This document shows positions 18,722 to 30,443 of a stretch of 64,000 bases of DNA, piece by piece; position 1 is the first letter of the stretch, and each line of letters opens with the position of its first letter. The notes beneath the pieces are model-generated. The model had not been told where the DNA came from and did no database searches. It saw nothing but the letters and a program-made list of their open reading frames with translations. The position numbers were made by a program, and so were the translations under genes. Where the stretch lies: assembly GCA_965219685.1 (NCBI GenBank), contig CBDCOH010000002.1:288001-352000 (forward strand). Reading direction: 5' to 3'. This DNA is from Candidatus Spongiisociaceae bacterium. GTDB taxonomy: Bacteria; Actinomycetota; Acidimicrobiia; Spongiisociales; Spongiisociaceae.

Positions 18722-19881
18722 TGGGACCGGAACCCGTCATCGCGATCGCCGGCTCCCAGAGATCATGGGCGGCTGAACTCGTGCGCTTCCTGAGCGACTT
18801 CGGCGGGGCGCGCTTCATGGGGACCGTGCTGACGGCCCGCCAAGCGCTCGAGTCCACCTACGAGGTGCTTCTCATCGATGACATCACCAGCTACCTCAGT
18901 CCGCGGCTTATCGAGCGGGTCAGGGGCAGCGGGCGGAAGGTGATCGGCGTTTACGACCCGGAGTCCGGAGACCGTGGTCGCAAACGGCTGAGAACGATGG
19001 GCGTGGATGCGGTCATCCCGGCGGATGCCGGGGCGGAGGCGATCCTGGAGACCATCGCCGCCATCGGACCGGGCCGCCCCGCGCGCGCCGTCGCCGAAGC
19101 CACCCCGACTCCGGAGCCGGACGCTCCGGTGCGGGTGACCGCGATAGCCGGAGGGGACTTGGCGGGCGACTTCGCGGTCGCCCTGGGTGGTTCATTCCGG
19201 GCGAGCAACAGGACGACGCTCCTCCTCGAGGCCGACACGGTGACGCCGATGATGGCCCAACGACTCTCGATGCCGATGGTTCCCAACCTGCTCACCGCCC
19301 TCGACGCCCACATACAGTTGCGGGGCGATGTCCGCGACTCCTTCCTCGCGGGACCGTACGGCGTCACCCTCCTGACCGGGATTCCCGAGGTATCGGAGTG
19401 GGAGACGATCCGTTCCGATGAGGTCATCGATCTGGTGGAGACGGCCGCCGAGTGGTTCGACGAGCTGATCGTGAAGGTTTCCCCCTTCCTGGAGAATCTC
19501 GCCGGGTTCGGCAGCAGGGGCGGCCGCTTCGAGGTGAACCGGTCCATGGTCGGACTGGCCCGAGATGTGGTGTACGTGGCCGAGCCGACACCGGTGGGCC
19601 TGTCGAGGTCTCTGCGGTGGATAGCGCAGGCCCGCCGCCTCACCGCGGCTCGCCTCCATATCGTGTTCGGGGGGGCTGCCACCACCTCCTTCCAGCGTGG
19701 TGAGTTGAGCGACGAACTGACCCGGAGTTACCTGCCGTCGTCCATCACGTGGCTTCCTGTCGACAACGGCAGGGATCGGGCGGTCTGGAACGGTACCGCG
19801 ATCCCGAGGGGACCGTTCATCAAGACGGTGGAGAGGCTCGGGGCCACCATCCTCGAAAGGGACTCCGAGGTACCCGGATGA
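18718..19881 (+). CDS. CpaE/TadZ-like protein (degenerate receiver plus MinD-like domain)
   Basis: Receiver-like N-terminus (VLLIDD); MinD-like region TLLLEAD and YVAEPTPVGL with eroded Walker A; position between cpaB and cpaF. Confidence 0.7.
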   Translation: MMGPEPVIAIAGSQRSWAAELVRFLSDFGGARFMGTVLTARQALESTYEVLLIDDITSYLSPRLIERVRGSGRKVIGVYDPESGDRGRKRLRTMGVDAVIPADAGAEAILETIAAIGPGRPARAVAEATPTPEPDAPVRVTAIAGGDLAGDFAVALGGSFRASNRTTLLLEADTVTPMMAQRLSMPMVPNLLTALDAHIQLRGDVRDSFLAGPYGVTLLTGIPEVSEWETIRSDEVIDLVETAAEWFDELIVKVSPFLENLAGFGSRGGRFEVNRSMVGLARDVVYVAEPTPVGLSRSLRWIAQARRLTAARLHIVFGGAATTSFQRGELSDELTRSYLPSSITWLPVDNGRDRAVWNGTAIPRGPFIKTVERLGATILERDSEVPG

Positions 19882-21164
19882 GGACCAGCGCCTACGACAC
19901 GCTCCGCCGCCGCGCCGCGGAGCGAATCGGCGAACGCGAACTCGACCCCCTGAGAGATGGAGACGAGATCCGTGCCGAAGTCGACCGGCTGGTGTCCGCC
20001 TACCAACGGCGCGCCCGTGCGGGTGACGGTGTAAGACCCTTCCGCGATCCGGCCGAGTTGGCGGATCGGCTGATCGACTCCCTCGTCGGTTACGGGCCGC
20101 TGACACCGGTCATCGACCGTCACGACATCGAGGAGGTGTTCATCGAGGGGGATCGCATCTCGTTCATAGACGCCTCGGGTCGCCTCCAGGCTCTCGACGC
20201 TCCCGCCTCCGAGGAGGAGAACCGCCAGATCGTGGCGCGCATCCTGGCTGGGACCAACCGCCGGCTCGACACTTCCAACCCCATCGAGCAGGCCAGGGTT
20301 CTGGGAGGTCGGGCCAGGCTCACCGCGGTCATCCCTCCGGTCGCCGACCGGCTCTCGGTGACCATCCGCAAGTACACGGTCAAGAACTACGACCTCCGGT
20401 TCCTGGTCGAGGGGGAGGTGCTCTCCTCTCCTGCGGCCGCCTTCCTGTGGGCAGCTGCCCAGGCCAGCACGACGGTCCTATTCAGCGGCCCGCCCGGCGC
20501 CGGGAAGACCACGTTGATGAGCGCGTACCTGCGCGCGGTCCCCCCGGAGCGCTGTATGAGAGTCTGCGAGGAGGTAAGGGAGCTGGACATTCCCCTGGTG
20601 CACGGAAGTTTCTACGAAGCGACACCACCAACCCTCGACGGAGGCCGCCGCTACACCTTGAGAGACTTGGTGAAGGTTGTCCTGGCCCAGCGGCCGGACC
20701 TGATCTGCGTCGGCGAGGTCCGCGGTGCCGAGGCTTTCGAGCTGACCCGTGCGGTCAACGCCGGATGCGGCTTTGCATGCACCATCCATGCCGACTCGGC
20801 GCCGGCTGCGCTCGTGGCCCTGGTCAACTCGGCCCTGATGGCGGGCGAGAACGTGACGGAGAGGGTCCTCACCCGGATATTCAGCACGGCGATCGACTTT
20901 GTCGTGCACCTCCGCAGGGACCAGCAGGGGGAGGGCACCGGAGGAATCCGGCGCCGTGTCGTGGAGATCGTGGCCCTGACCTCGGGGCGCCAGGACGGGG
21001 ATTTCGCGGCCGACACCCTGTTCCGGCGGGAGCGACTGGAGGAGCCGCTCCTGTGGACGGGAGCAGTGCCTCCTCCTGAGACGGTCGCCCGGGTCGAGTG
21101 GTCCCTCCCAGACGGTGTGTCCGTCGAGTCGATCCTGTCCGGGAAGTGGCAACCTCCGTCGTGA
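19878..21164 (+). CDS. cpaF: CpaF/TadA pilus assembly ATPase
   Basis: GYGPL, SVTIRK, GPPGAGKTT, CEEVREL, RPDLICVGEVRGAEA, TIHADS. Confidence 0.9.
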   Translation: MRTSAYDTLRRRAAERIGERELDPLRDGDEIRAEVDRLVSAYQRRARAGDGVRPFRDPAELADRLIDSLVGYGPLTPVIDRHDIEEVFIEGDRISFIDASGRLQALDAPASEEENRQIVARILAGTNRRLDTSNPIEQARVLGGRARLTAVIPPVADRLSVTIRKYTVKNYDLRFLVEGEVLSSPAAAFLWAAAQASTTVLFSGPPGAGKTTLMSAYLRAVPPERCMRVCEEVRELDIPLVHGSFYEATPPTLDGGRRYTLRDLVKVVLAQRPDLICVGEVRGAEAFELTRAVNAGCGFACTIHADSAPAALVALVNSALMAGENVTERVLTRIFSTAIDFVVHLRRDQQGEGTGGIRRRVVEIVALTSGRQDGDFAADTLFRRERLEEPLLWTGAVPPPETVARVEWSLPDGVSVESILSGKWQPPS

Positions 21165-22060
21165 TACTCCTGGCATCCCTGCTGACGGCTGTTGCCGCAT
21201 ACGCGGCTGCCGGCCTGATGACCGGTAACCCGGTGCGGCCCCGGCCACGGAGGCCGGCCGGGCGGGACGAATCCCGCCGCCGTCTGTGGCTCATCCAGGC
21301 AGGCAGCAGGCTGACCGTCCACCAGTTCGTGGCACTATCGGTGGGCACCGGACTCGCCGCGCTGGTTCTCCTCAACGCGCTGACCGGTGCCTGGTGGCTG
21401 GCCGCCGTCCCGGCCGTCGCCTCCTCCCTTATTCCGCACTTCTACTACGCCCGGCGACGGAGCGAACGGCTCAGGCGACTTGCCCGGGCATGGCCGGACG
21501 CCCTCCGCGACATCCTGGCCTCGATCGCAGCCGGCTCCACGCTGTTGAGCGCGCTCTACGACCTTTCCGACCGCGGTCCGGTTCCGCTACGGCCTGCGTT
21601 CACCCGGTTCCGCCTGGTTGCGAGGATGATGGGATTGGTAGCGGCCCTCGAGCTGACCAAGGAGGAACTCGGGGATCCGGTCTCCGACCGTGTCGTCGAG
21701 GTGCTGGTGCTCGCGTACGAGCACGGAGGTGGCCTGGTCACTGAGGTGCTTCGGGATCTGGTCGGGGAGATAACCGAGGACCTCAGGCTGGACAGCGAGA
21801 TCCGCTCCGACGGGACCGAGCAACGGATCGAGAGCAGGGTGGTCCTCATCATCCCATGGGTGCTGCTGCTGTTCCTCGCCACCACCTCCGAGCAGTACCA
21901 GGCTTACTACCGGTCCGCCGACGGCCTGGTCGTGGTCACGCTCGCCGCCGCTTGGTCGCTGGTCGGGGTGCTGCTGATGAAACGCATCGGCCGGTCCGTG
22001 ACCGAACGCCGGGTTCTGGTCCGGTCCACACGAGGGGGAGACTCCGGAGGGCCGGAGTGA
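21161..22060 (+). CDS. tadB: TadB (T2SSF family)
   Basis: WPDALRDILASIAAGSTL, HGGGLVTEVL; TM pattern; operon position. Confidence 0.85.
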   Translation: MILLASLLTAVAAYAAAGLMTGNPVRPRPRRPAGRDESRRRLWLIQAGSRLTVHQFVALSVGTGLAALVLLNALTGAWWLAAVPAVASSLIPHFYYARRRSERLRRLARAWPDALRDILASIAAGSTLLSALYDLSDRGPVPLRPAFTRFRLVARMMGLVAALELTKEELGDPVSDRVVEVLVLAYEHGGGLVTEVLRDLVGEITEDLRLDSEIRSDGTEQRIESRVVLIIPWVLLLFLATTSEQYQAYYRSADGLVVVTLAAAWSLVGVLLMKRIGRSVTERRVLVRSTRGGDSGGPE

Positions 22061-23010
22061 ACACCGGTCTCGCGATAGGAGCGATCGCGGCCTCCGTCAC
22101 GTTCGCCGTGGTGGGCGCCGCGCTGGTCGTGCGTCCATTACGCCGGCTCGGGCCCAGGGTTCGCCCCTACACCGCGGCGACCCGGGTCGACCTCGGACTC
22201 AGGCCGGATGTGTCACGGCGGGTCGGGCCGCGTGCGGGATCCGGCGGTTCCCGGTCCAACCGGATCCTGCACTCGATCTCCGGTGGACTGGACCGGTTGG
22301 CGAGCCTCCTCGTGCTCGGCGACGAGGAGAGCCTGGCGCTCCGCCTGCGCCAGTCAGGTCTGTATCAGGGGTTGGATGAGGCGAGGCGACTCCAGGCGTA
22401 CCGGATGGGTGCGATCGGTCGCACTGTCCTGTTCGCGGGCGGCTTGGTGACGCTTGCCCTGCTCACGAACGGTTCGGCCGCGAGGGTGCTCGCCTTCGGG
22501 ACGGCCGGCGCCTTTCTCGGCGGGTTCCTGACCCGCTCGCGGTTGACCGGGGCGATCCGGCGCCGGAGGGAGTCCATCCGGGCCGAGCTCTACACGATCA
22601 ACCAACTCGTCGCCATGTATACGCGGGTCGGGGGCGGCGCGCTAGAGGCTATCCGCTACGTGGTGGAGCGCGCCCGAGGCGTGGTCGTCGACGAGATGGC
22701 GGAGGTCATGCAACTCCATGAGAGAGGCTGGTCGCTTCGCGAGGCTCTCGAGCGGGCCGAAAGGCTCACTCCTGAACCAGAGGCCGCCCGGACCTACCGC
22801 CTCGTGGCGACCTCGCAGGAGCAGGGTTCCGATCTCGCCGAGGCACTGCTGGGCCTTTCCAAGGACCTGAGAGCGCAGCGACGCGACGACCTGCGCCGCC
22901 AGGCGGCGAGGCGAAGGATCATGATGGTCGTCCCTGTGGTGGTCATCCTGGCGCCGGTGACCCTGCTTTTCATGGCGGCGCCGATCCCTTCCATCGTCTT
23001 CGGCGGCTAA
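22057..23010 (+). CDS. tadC: TadC (T2SSF family)
   Basis: LRLRQSG, GSDLAEAL, MMVVPVVVILAP; follows tadB. Confidence 0.85.
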   Translation: MNTGLAIGAIAASVTFAVVGAALVVRPLRRLGPRVRPYTAATRVDLGLRPDVSRRVGPRAGSGGSRSNRILHSISGGLDRLASLLVLGDEESLALRLRQSGLYQGLDEARRLQAYRMGAIGRTVLFAGGLVTLALLTNGSAARVLAFGTAGAFLGGFLTRSRLTGAIRRRRESIRAELYTINQLVAMYTRVGGGALEAIRYVVERARGVVVDEMAEVMQLHERGWSLREALERAERLTPEPEAARTYRLVATSQEQGSDLAEALLGLSKDLRAQRRDDLRRQAARRRIMMVVPVVVILAPVTLLFMAAPIPSIVFGG

Positions 23011-23087
23011 GCCGAGAGGGGTCGCTACTCGCCGACGATGTTGTTGTCCACGGACAGAAGTCGACACTTCCCCAGAAAGGAACGAGG

Positions 23088-23291
23088 GTGAAGGAAACGG
23101 TACTCAACAGGGCCAAGCGGTATGCGCGGAGTTGGTCCGCTCGGATGCTCGACGAATGCGGCGCGGCCGAGACTTCGACGATCCTGGCTTGGATCGTCGT
23201 CGGGGTCCTGGTCGTGTTCGCACTGCAACAGGGCCTCGAGGAGGCGGGCACGCAGGTAATCGACTGGATAAAGGCGAAGTTCAAGCAGTAG
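23088..23291 (+). CDS. Flp-like pilin precursor
   Basis: Strong RBS AGAAAGGA; basic leader, DECG/AAETSTILAWIVVGVLVVF hydrophobic helix; 67 aa directly after tadC. Confidence 0.7.
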   Translation: MKETVLNRAKRYARSWSARMLDECGAAETSTILAWIVVGVLVVFALQQGLEEAGTQVIDWIKAKFKQ

Positions 23292-23346
23292 GCATGGTCG
23301 CGGAGAGCCGCCTGAGAATCGCAGATCCGTGCGAAGGTGTTCGTGG

Positions 23347-23565
23347 ATGGGAGATGCGGCGTTGAATGACTTCTCCCGGTACCCGCCGGTTCTCGACCTG
23401 CCCGGGGTGGCCGATCTGCTGGGGATCTCGATCGAGGAGACCCGCCGCCTGAGCGGCGAGGGGTGGATCCACGCGGTACGCCTCGAGGGCCGCGTGCTGT
23501 TCCACCGGGATCGGGTGATCGACTGGCTCCGGTCGCAGCGGGTGACGCCCCCGGATCACGGGTGA
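23347..23565 (+). CDS. Small MerR/excisionase-like HTH (HTH_17, BldC-like) protein
   Basis: PPVLDLPGVADLLGIS...GWIHAVRLEGRVLFHRDRVIDWL. Confidence 0.8.
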   Translation: MGDAALNDFSRYPPVLDLPGVADLLGISIEETRRLSGEGWIHAVRLEGRVLFHRDRVIDWLRSQRVTPPDHG

Positions 23566-23631
23566 TGATCCCCGTCCCGGGGAGCCGGAGTGGAAAGGCG
23601 CCGGCTCGCGTCCGGGCGAGGCTACACTGGT

Positions 23632-23645
23632 AGAACATATGTTCG
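23632..23645. promoter_or_regulatory. LexA (SOS) box upstream of ruvCAB
   Basis: AGAAC-ATAT-GTTCG matches the Gram-positive GAAC-N4-GTTC box, just downstream of -10 TACACT (23623-23628). Confidence 0.85.
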
Positions 23646-23669
23646 TGTTGCCCGGATGCTGAGTCGCCC

Positions 23670-24182
23670 ATGCTGGTCATCGGCATAGACCCCGGCCTGA
23701 CGACGACCGGCTTCGGCGCGGTCCGCAAGGCCGGTAGCAGGGTCGAGGTAGTGGCGGCCGGCGTGATCCGCACCGACAAGGACCTGTCGGCGGCGCGGCG
23801 GCTCGACAGTCTCCACACGGACATGACCGAGCTCATCGCGGATGTGCAGCCCGAGGTGATGGCCGTGGAACGGGTCTTCATGAACCGCAACCGGCTCACC
23901 GCTACGAGGGTCGGCCAGGCATCCGGAGTGGTGATGCTGGCGGCGGCGCTGGCCGGGATCGACGTGTTCGAGTACTCGCCGTCGGCGGTCAAGGCGGTCG
24001 TGACCGGTGACGGGTCGGCGTCGAAGGTTCAGGTCCAGCAAATGGTGGCCCGCCGGCTCGGCCTGGCCGCGGTTCCGTCTCCGGCCGACACCGCGGACGC
24101 GCTGGCGATAGCCCTGTGCCACATGCAGAGCATGGGCAACATGGTGGGACGTTTGACCGCGGTTCATGGAGGTAGGAGATGA
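23670..24182 (+). CDS. ruvC: Holliday junction resolvase
   Basis: IGIDPGLTTTGFG, AVERVF, EYSPSAVK, DTADALAIALCH. Confidence 0.95.
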   Translation: MLVIGIDPGLTTTGFGAVRKAGSRVEVVAAGVIRTDKDLSAARRLDSLHTDMTELIADVQPEVMAVERVFMNRNRLTATRVGQASGVVMLAAALAGIDVFEYSPSAVKAVVTGDGSASKVQVQQMVARRLGLAAVPSPADTADALAIALCHMQSMGNMVGRLTAVHGGRR

Positions 24183-24748
24183 TCGGTCGTCTGCGCGGTG
24201 TACTGGTGGCCCGGACCGCCACCGGCGTGGTGATAGAGGTCGGCGGGGTCGGCTACGAGGTGAACGTCACTCCCCGCGACCAGGCGTCGCTTCCCATGCT
24301 CGGCGAGGAAGTGGTCGTGCACACCCATCTGGTGGTGCGCGAGGACCTGCTGGCGCTGTACGGGTTCGAGGGGGAGCAGAGCCGCGACATGTTCCGGGTT
24401 CTGCTGGGGTCGAGCGGTGTGGGTCCGGCCCTGGCGATGTCGATCCTGGCCACGCTGCGGCCGGACGAGGTCCGCATGGCGGTTGCCACCGAGGATGTCC
24501 AGGCGCTGGTGGCGGTGCACGGGATCGGCAAGCGGACCGCAGAGAAGCTGATCCTCGAGTTACGTCCCAAGATGGGGGCGCTCACCACCCGTTCCGCGGC
24601 GTCCGGCAACCTCTCCCGTGCCCGGGAGGCGTTGGAGTCCTTGGGTTACCAGGCGGCCGAGATACGGGAGGCGCTCGGTGAGGTTCCCACCGACGGCTCG
24701 GTGGAGGATCTGGTCCGGAATGCGCTACGGGTGCTGGCCCGCAGGTAA
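24179..24748 (+). CDS. ruvA: Holliday junction branch migration protein A
   Basis: MIGRLRG, VGGVGYEV, VREDLLALYGF, GIGKRTAEK. Confidence 0.95.
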   Translation: MIGRLRGVLVARTATGVVIEVGGVGYEVNVTPRDQASLPMLGEEVVVHTHLVVREDLLALYGFEGEQSRDMFRVLLGSSGVGPALAMSILATLRPDEVRMAVATEDVQALVAVHGIGKRTAEKLILELRPKMGALTTRSAASGNLSRAREALESLGYQAAEIREALGEVPTDGSVEDLVRNALRVLARR

Positions 24749-24759
24749 GGGGGCCGGGG

Positions 24760-25791
24760 ATGCGTGAGGACGGCCTGCTGGTAGCGCAGGCGACCGGTGA
24801 GGAGCAGGTCAGCGAGGTGATGCTGCGGCCTCGCTCCCTGGAGGAGTTCGTCGGCCAGCCCAAGATCAAGGAGAGGCTGGCCATCTCCATGGAGGCCTCC
24901 GAGACCCTGGGGCGTCCCATGGATCACCTGCTCCTATCGGGACCTCCGGGCCTCGGGAAGACCACCCTGGCCCGGATCATCGCCTACGAGACGGGAGCCC
25001 AGCTGCGGTCGACCTCGGGACCGGCCGTGGAGAGGCCGGGCGACCTCGCCGCCATCCTCTCCGGATTGGAGCACGGTGATGTGTTGTTCATCGACGAGAT
25101 CCACCGGCTGCCGAGGGTGGTCGAAGAGGTGCTCTACTCGGCCATGGAGGACTTCGCCCTCGACATAGTGGTGGGAAAGGGGCCCACAGCCCAATCCCTG
25201 CGCTTGGGCCTGCCCCGTTTCACATTGGTGGGTGCCACCACCCGGATAGGCACGGTGACCGCCCCGCTGCGGGACCGTTTCGGCATGGTCGACCGGCTCG
25301 ACTACTACGAGGCCGACGACCTGGAGCAGATCGTGGTGCGCTCCGCTTCGATCATCGGGGTGCCCGTCACTGCGGGGGGCGCCCGCCGGATCGCCACGCG
25401 CAGCAGGGGCACGCCCCGGATCGCCAACCGGCTGCTGGCCCGGGTGAGCGAGTACGCCATCGCCCGCGCCGACGGCCGGGTCGACTCCCGGATCGCCGAG
25501 GAGGGCCTGGCCATCTGGGAGGTCGACGACCTGGGCCTCGACAAAGTGGACCGTTTCATCCTGGATGCGATCGTCTCCAAGTTCGGCGGCGGACCGGTGG
25601 GGCTCACCACCCTGGCCATCGCGGTGGGTGAGGAACCCGAGACCATCGAAGCCGCCTACGAACCGTTCCTGGTCCAGCAGGGTCTGGTGTCGCGCACTCC
25701 GCGGGGCCGGGTGGCGACCTCCCGCACCTATCAACACCTGGGAGTTCCGGAGCCCGGATCCGCGCAGGGTTCCCTGCTCGGCCAGGGTTAG
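24760..25791 (+). CDS. ruvB: Holliday junction branch migration helicase B
   Basis: LRPRSLEEFVGQ, GPPGLGKTTLA, FIDEIHR, SRGTPRIANRLL, RTPRGR. Confidence 0.97.
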   Translation: MREDGLLVAQATGEEQVSEVMLRPRSLEEFVGQPKIKERLAISMEASETLGRPMDHLLLSGPPGLGKTTLARIIAYETGAQLRSTSGPAVERPGDLAAILSGLEHGDVLFIDEIHRLPRVVEEVLYSAMEDFALDIVVGKGPTAQSLRLGLPRFTLVGATTRIGTVTAPLRDRFGMVDRLDYYEADDLEQIVVRSASIIGVPVTAGGARRIATRSRGTPRIANRLLARVSEYAIARADGRVDSRIAEEGLAIWEVDDLGLDKVDRFILDAIVSKFGGGPVGLTTLAIAVGEEPETIEAAYEPFLVQQGLVSRTPRGRVATSRTYQHLGVPEPGSAQGSLLGQG

Positions 25792-26136
25792 TAGTTACCG
25801 GCCGCTACACCAGCACAGAGTGCTCGCGGAGGACGATCACCGAGCCGTCCTTGCCCCTCACCGCCACACTTGCGGCCGCGACGCTGCGTGGTGCCACAAA
25901 CAAGCTCCAAACATGGACAGGCCCGGCGATCACCGGGCCCGTCGGGCCAGAGCTGCTCACCCTGGCGGGGTTCTGCCGACCACGATACCGGTCTTCGTGA
26001 CGGAAGTCAACCATCCTGGTTGTCTCTATACTCAAAGAACGTGTGATTACATACATTGACGGTTCTAATCCTTACTACAGGAGTCCAGTTCCCTGGGGTC
26101 CGCTGTAATCGCCGGACGCGCCATAGAGATGGGTGA

Positions 26137-28343
<2,207 letters not shown>

Positions 28344-28354
28344 ACCCCGCCCAC

Positions 28355-28452
28355 TCACCATTCACCATTCACCATTCACCATTCACCATTCACCATTCAC
28401 CACTCACCACTCACCATTCACCATTCACCATTCACCATTCACCACTCACCAA
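28355..28452. repeat. Tandem heptamer array (TCACCAY)x13 plus TCACCAA
   Basis: 14 units read directly. Reverse complement is the TGGTGAR unit seen at 55582 (TGGTGAT at 16274). Followed by TACCAT at 28462. Confidence 0.95.
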
Positions 28453-28544
28453 CCCACCGACTACCATCGGGGTACCCGTCGCCGAGGCGGGTCGGTCCGA
28501 ACCCGGAGGGGCCCGAAACAGGCCCGATAGGAGAATGTGACGTC

Positions 28545-28859
28545 GTGCCGGTGTCTTTGATTGCCCAGGCCGAAGGAGGCGACAGTTTCAGCTTCCTGCT
28601 GCCCCTGCTGCTCCTCGGAGCTCTCATGTACTTCCTGATCATCCGCCCGCAGCGAAAGAGGATGCGCCGCCAGCGTGAACTCTCCGCCGCGCTGGAGATC
28701 GGGGACCAGGTCAGGACGATCGGGGGATTGTTCGGGGTGGTGGTCGGGCTTGGTGACGATTGGGTGGTTCTCGGTGTCGAGGACGGGCGGATACGGGTGC
28801 AGAAGAGCGCCATCGCCGGTCGCGCCGGACCCGACAACCCGTCCGATACCGGGTCGTAA
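28545..28859 (+). CDS. yajC: Preprotein translocase subunit YajC
   Basis: MYFLIIRPQRKR and GDQVRTIGGLFG. Confidence 0.93.
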   Translation: MPVSLIAQAEGGDSFSFLLPLLLLGALMYFLIIRPQRKRMRRQRELSAALEIGDQVRTIGGLFGVVVGLGDDWVVLGVEDGRIRVQKSAIAGRAGPDNPSDTGS

Positions 28860-28865
28860 CCCGGC

Positions 28866-30443
28866 GTGTCCCGCCGGTGGGCAGCGGTCATCGTCATGGT
28901 GGGCCTCGCCTGGGGCGGGCTTGCCGCGGTGTTCGCGGTCGATTGGTCGCCGCGGCTCGGCCTCGACCTGCAGGGTGGGACATCGGTAATCCTTGAAGCC
29001 CCCGCGGGATCCGACGAGCGGGTGGTCGAGACGGCCGTAGAGGTGATGCGCCGCCGGATAGAGGACTTCGGCAGCGTCCAGGAACCGGAGATCTCGGTGA
29101 CCGGGGGAACCTCCATCCTGGTGCAACTCCCCGGCGTCACCGATCAGGACCGGGCGCTCGACGCGGTGGGGAGGACCGGTCTCCTGTCGTTCCGGCCGGT
29201 GCTCTCCTGCACGACCGTGGGGCTGTCCTTCACCTGCATTCCGAGCGAACGTTCGCCCGTCCAGCTGCGCGCCGAGCAGGAGGGGGAGGACTTCGTCTAT
29301 CCGGAGGGTGTCGATCCGGTGACCGGGCTCACCGTCGAGGACGACACGACCGAGCCTCGCTCCTACCTTCCCGAATATGACGACGACGGCAACATCGTCT
29401 CCATCTTCGAGGTCGGCCCGGCCGATCTGTCCGCCCACCACGACGGGCTCTGCCTGGAGGGGTTCGTCGACTGCTCGCGCCTGCCCCGGACTCCCTCTCC
29501 GCTCACCGGCGCCGAAGTGGAGTCGGCTCTGGCCATCTTCGGGCAACAGGTGGACAGCGCCTGGACCGTGCAGCTCAACCTCACCCAGGACGGCGCCGGA
29601 AGGTTCGCGGCGGTTACCGGGCTGCTGGCCCAGTACCCCCAGGGGACTTCCAACCGCCGGCTGGCGATCGTGCTGGACGGAACGGTGATGTCGGCGCCCG
29701 AGGTGTCGGTCGGTGTGGGGCCGGAGGGCATCACCGGCGGCACCGCGGTGATCACCCTCGGCAACACCGAGAACGCCCAGCAGGAGGCCGAGGATCTGAC
29801 CACGGTGCTGCGCTACGGGTCCCTCCCGGTCGCCTTCGAGAGGTCGTCGGTCCAGAAAGTCTCCGCGACGCTGGGGGAGGACTCGCTGCGGGCCGGGTTG
29901 GCGGCAGGTCTCGGGGGTCTGGCACTCGTCGTGCTGTTCCTCATGATCTACTACCGCGCCATGGGCCTCATAACCCTGCTGGGCCTGACCGTGTTCGGGT
30001 CCCTCCTGGTGCTGATCTTCGGGGTTCTGGGAGCCTGGCAGGGGCTGACCCTGACCTTGGCGGGTGTGGCCGGTGTGATCGTGTCGGTCGGGATCACGGC
30101 CGACTCCTACATCGTCTTCTTCGAACGGACCAAGGAGGAGATACGCAACGGACGCACGATGGTGGACGCCGTCAACGAGGCCTACCGGCGGGCCTTCCGT
30201 ACCATCCTGACCGCCGACTTCGTCTCGTTCGTCGGCGCGGTGCTGCTGTGGGCCCTGGCTATAGGGCCGGTCAAGGGCTTTGCTCAGGCGCTCGGGATCG
30301 CGACGGTTCTGGACGTCATCGTGTTCGCCTTCTTCACCCGCAACGCGGCGGGGATCATGGCGAGAGGCCGGCTGGGCCGGGGAGGGCGGTTCAGCATGTG
30401 GGCGGCGGCCGGCGGATCTCCCCGGGCAGGAGGACCCGCATGA
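28866..30443 (+). CDS. secD: Protein translocase subunit SecD
   Basis: LGLDLQGG, VQLPG, LAIVLDG, LRYGSLP, GITADSYIVFFER, GPVKGFA. Confidence 0.95.
   Translation: MSRRWAAVIVMVGLAWGGLAAVFAVDWSPRLGLDLQGGTSVILEAPAGSDERVVETAVEVMRRRIEDFGSVQEPEISVTGGTSILVQLPGVTDQDRALDAVGRTGLLSFRPVLSCTTVGLSFTCIPSERSPVQLRAEQEGEDFVYPEGVDPVTGLTVEDDTTEPRSYLPEYDDDGNIVSIFEVGPADLSAHHDGLCLEGFVDCSRLPRTPSPLTGAEVESALAIFGQQVDSAWTVQLNLTQDGAGRFAAVTGLLAQYPQGTSNRRLAIVLDGTVMSAPEVSVGVGPEGITGGTAVITLGNTENAQQEAEDLTTVLRYGSLPVAFERSSVQKVSATLGEDSLRAGLAAGLGGLALVVLFLMIYYRAMGLITLLGLTVFGSLLVLIFGVLGAWQGLTLTLAGVAGVIVSVGITADSYIVFFERTKEEIRNGRTMVDAVNEAYRRAFRTILTADFVSFVGAVLLWALAIGPVKGFAQALGIATVLDVIVFAFFTRNAAGIMARGRLGRGGRFSMWAAAGGSPRAGGPA

Noticed and set aside
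23347-23565. Excisionase suggesting a prophage or ICE
   Set aside because: No integrase, att/tRNA site or phage genes nearby; the HTH_17 fold is also used by chromosomal regulators.
25805-26056. 83-aa minus-strand ORF between ruvB and queA with a repeated G-x-x-G-x-VI unit
   Set aside because: No recognisable family, RBS or clear codon bias. It may be a gene remnant but cannot be supported.
28355-28452. Possible CRISPR array (also 16274 and 55582)
   Set aside because: Units are 7 bp and contiguous, with no unique spacers and no cas genes.
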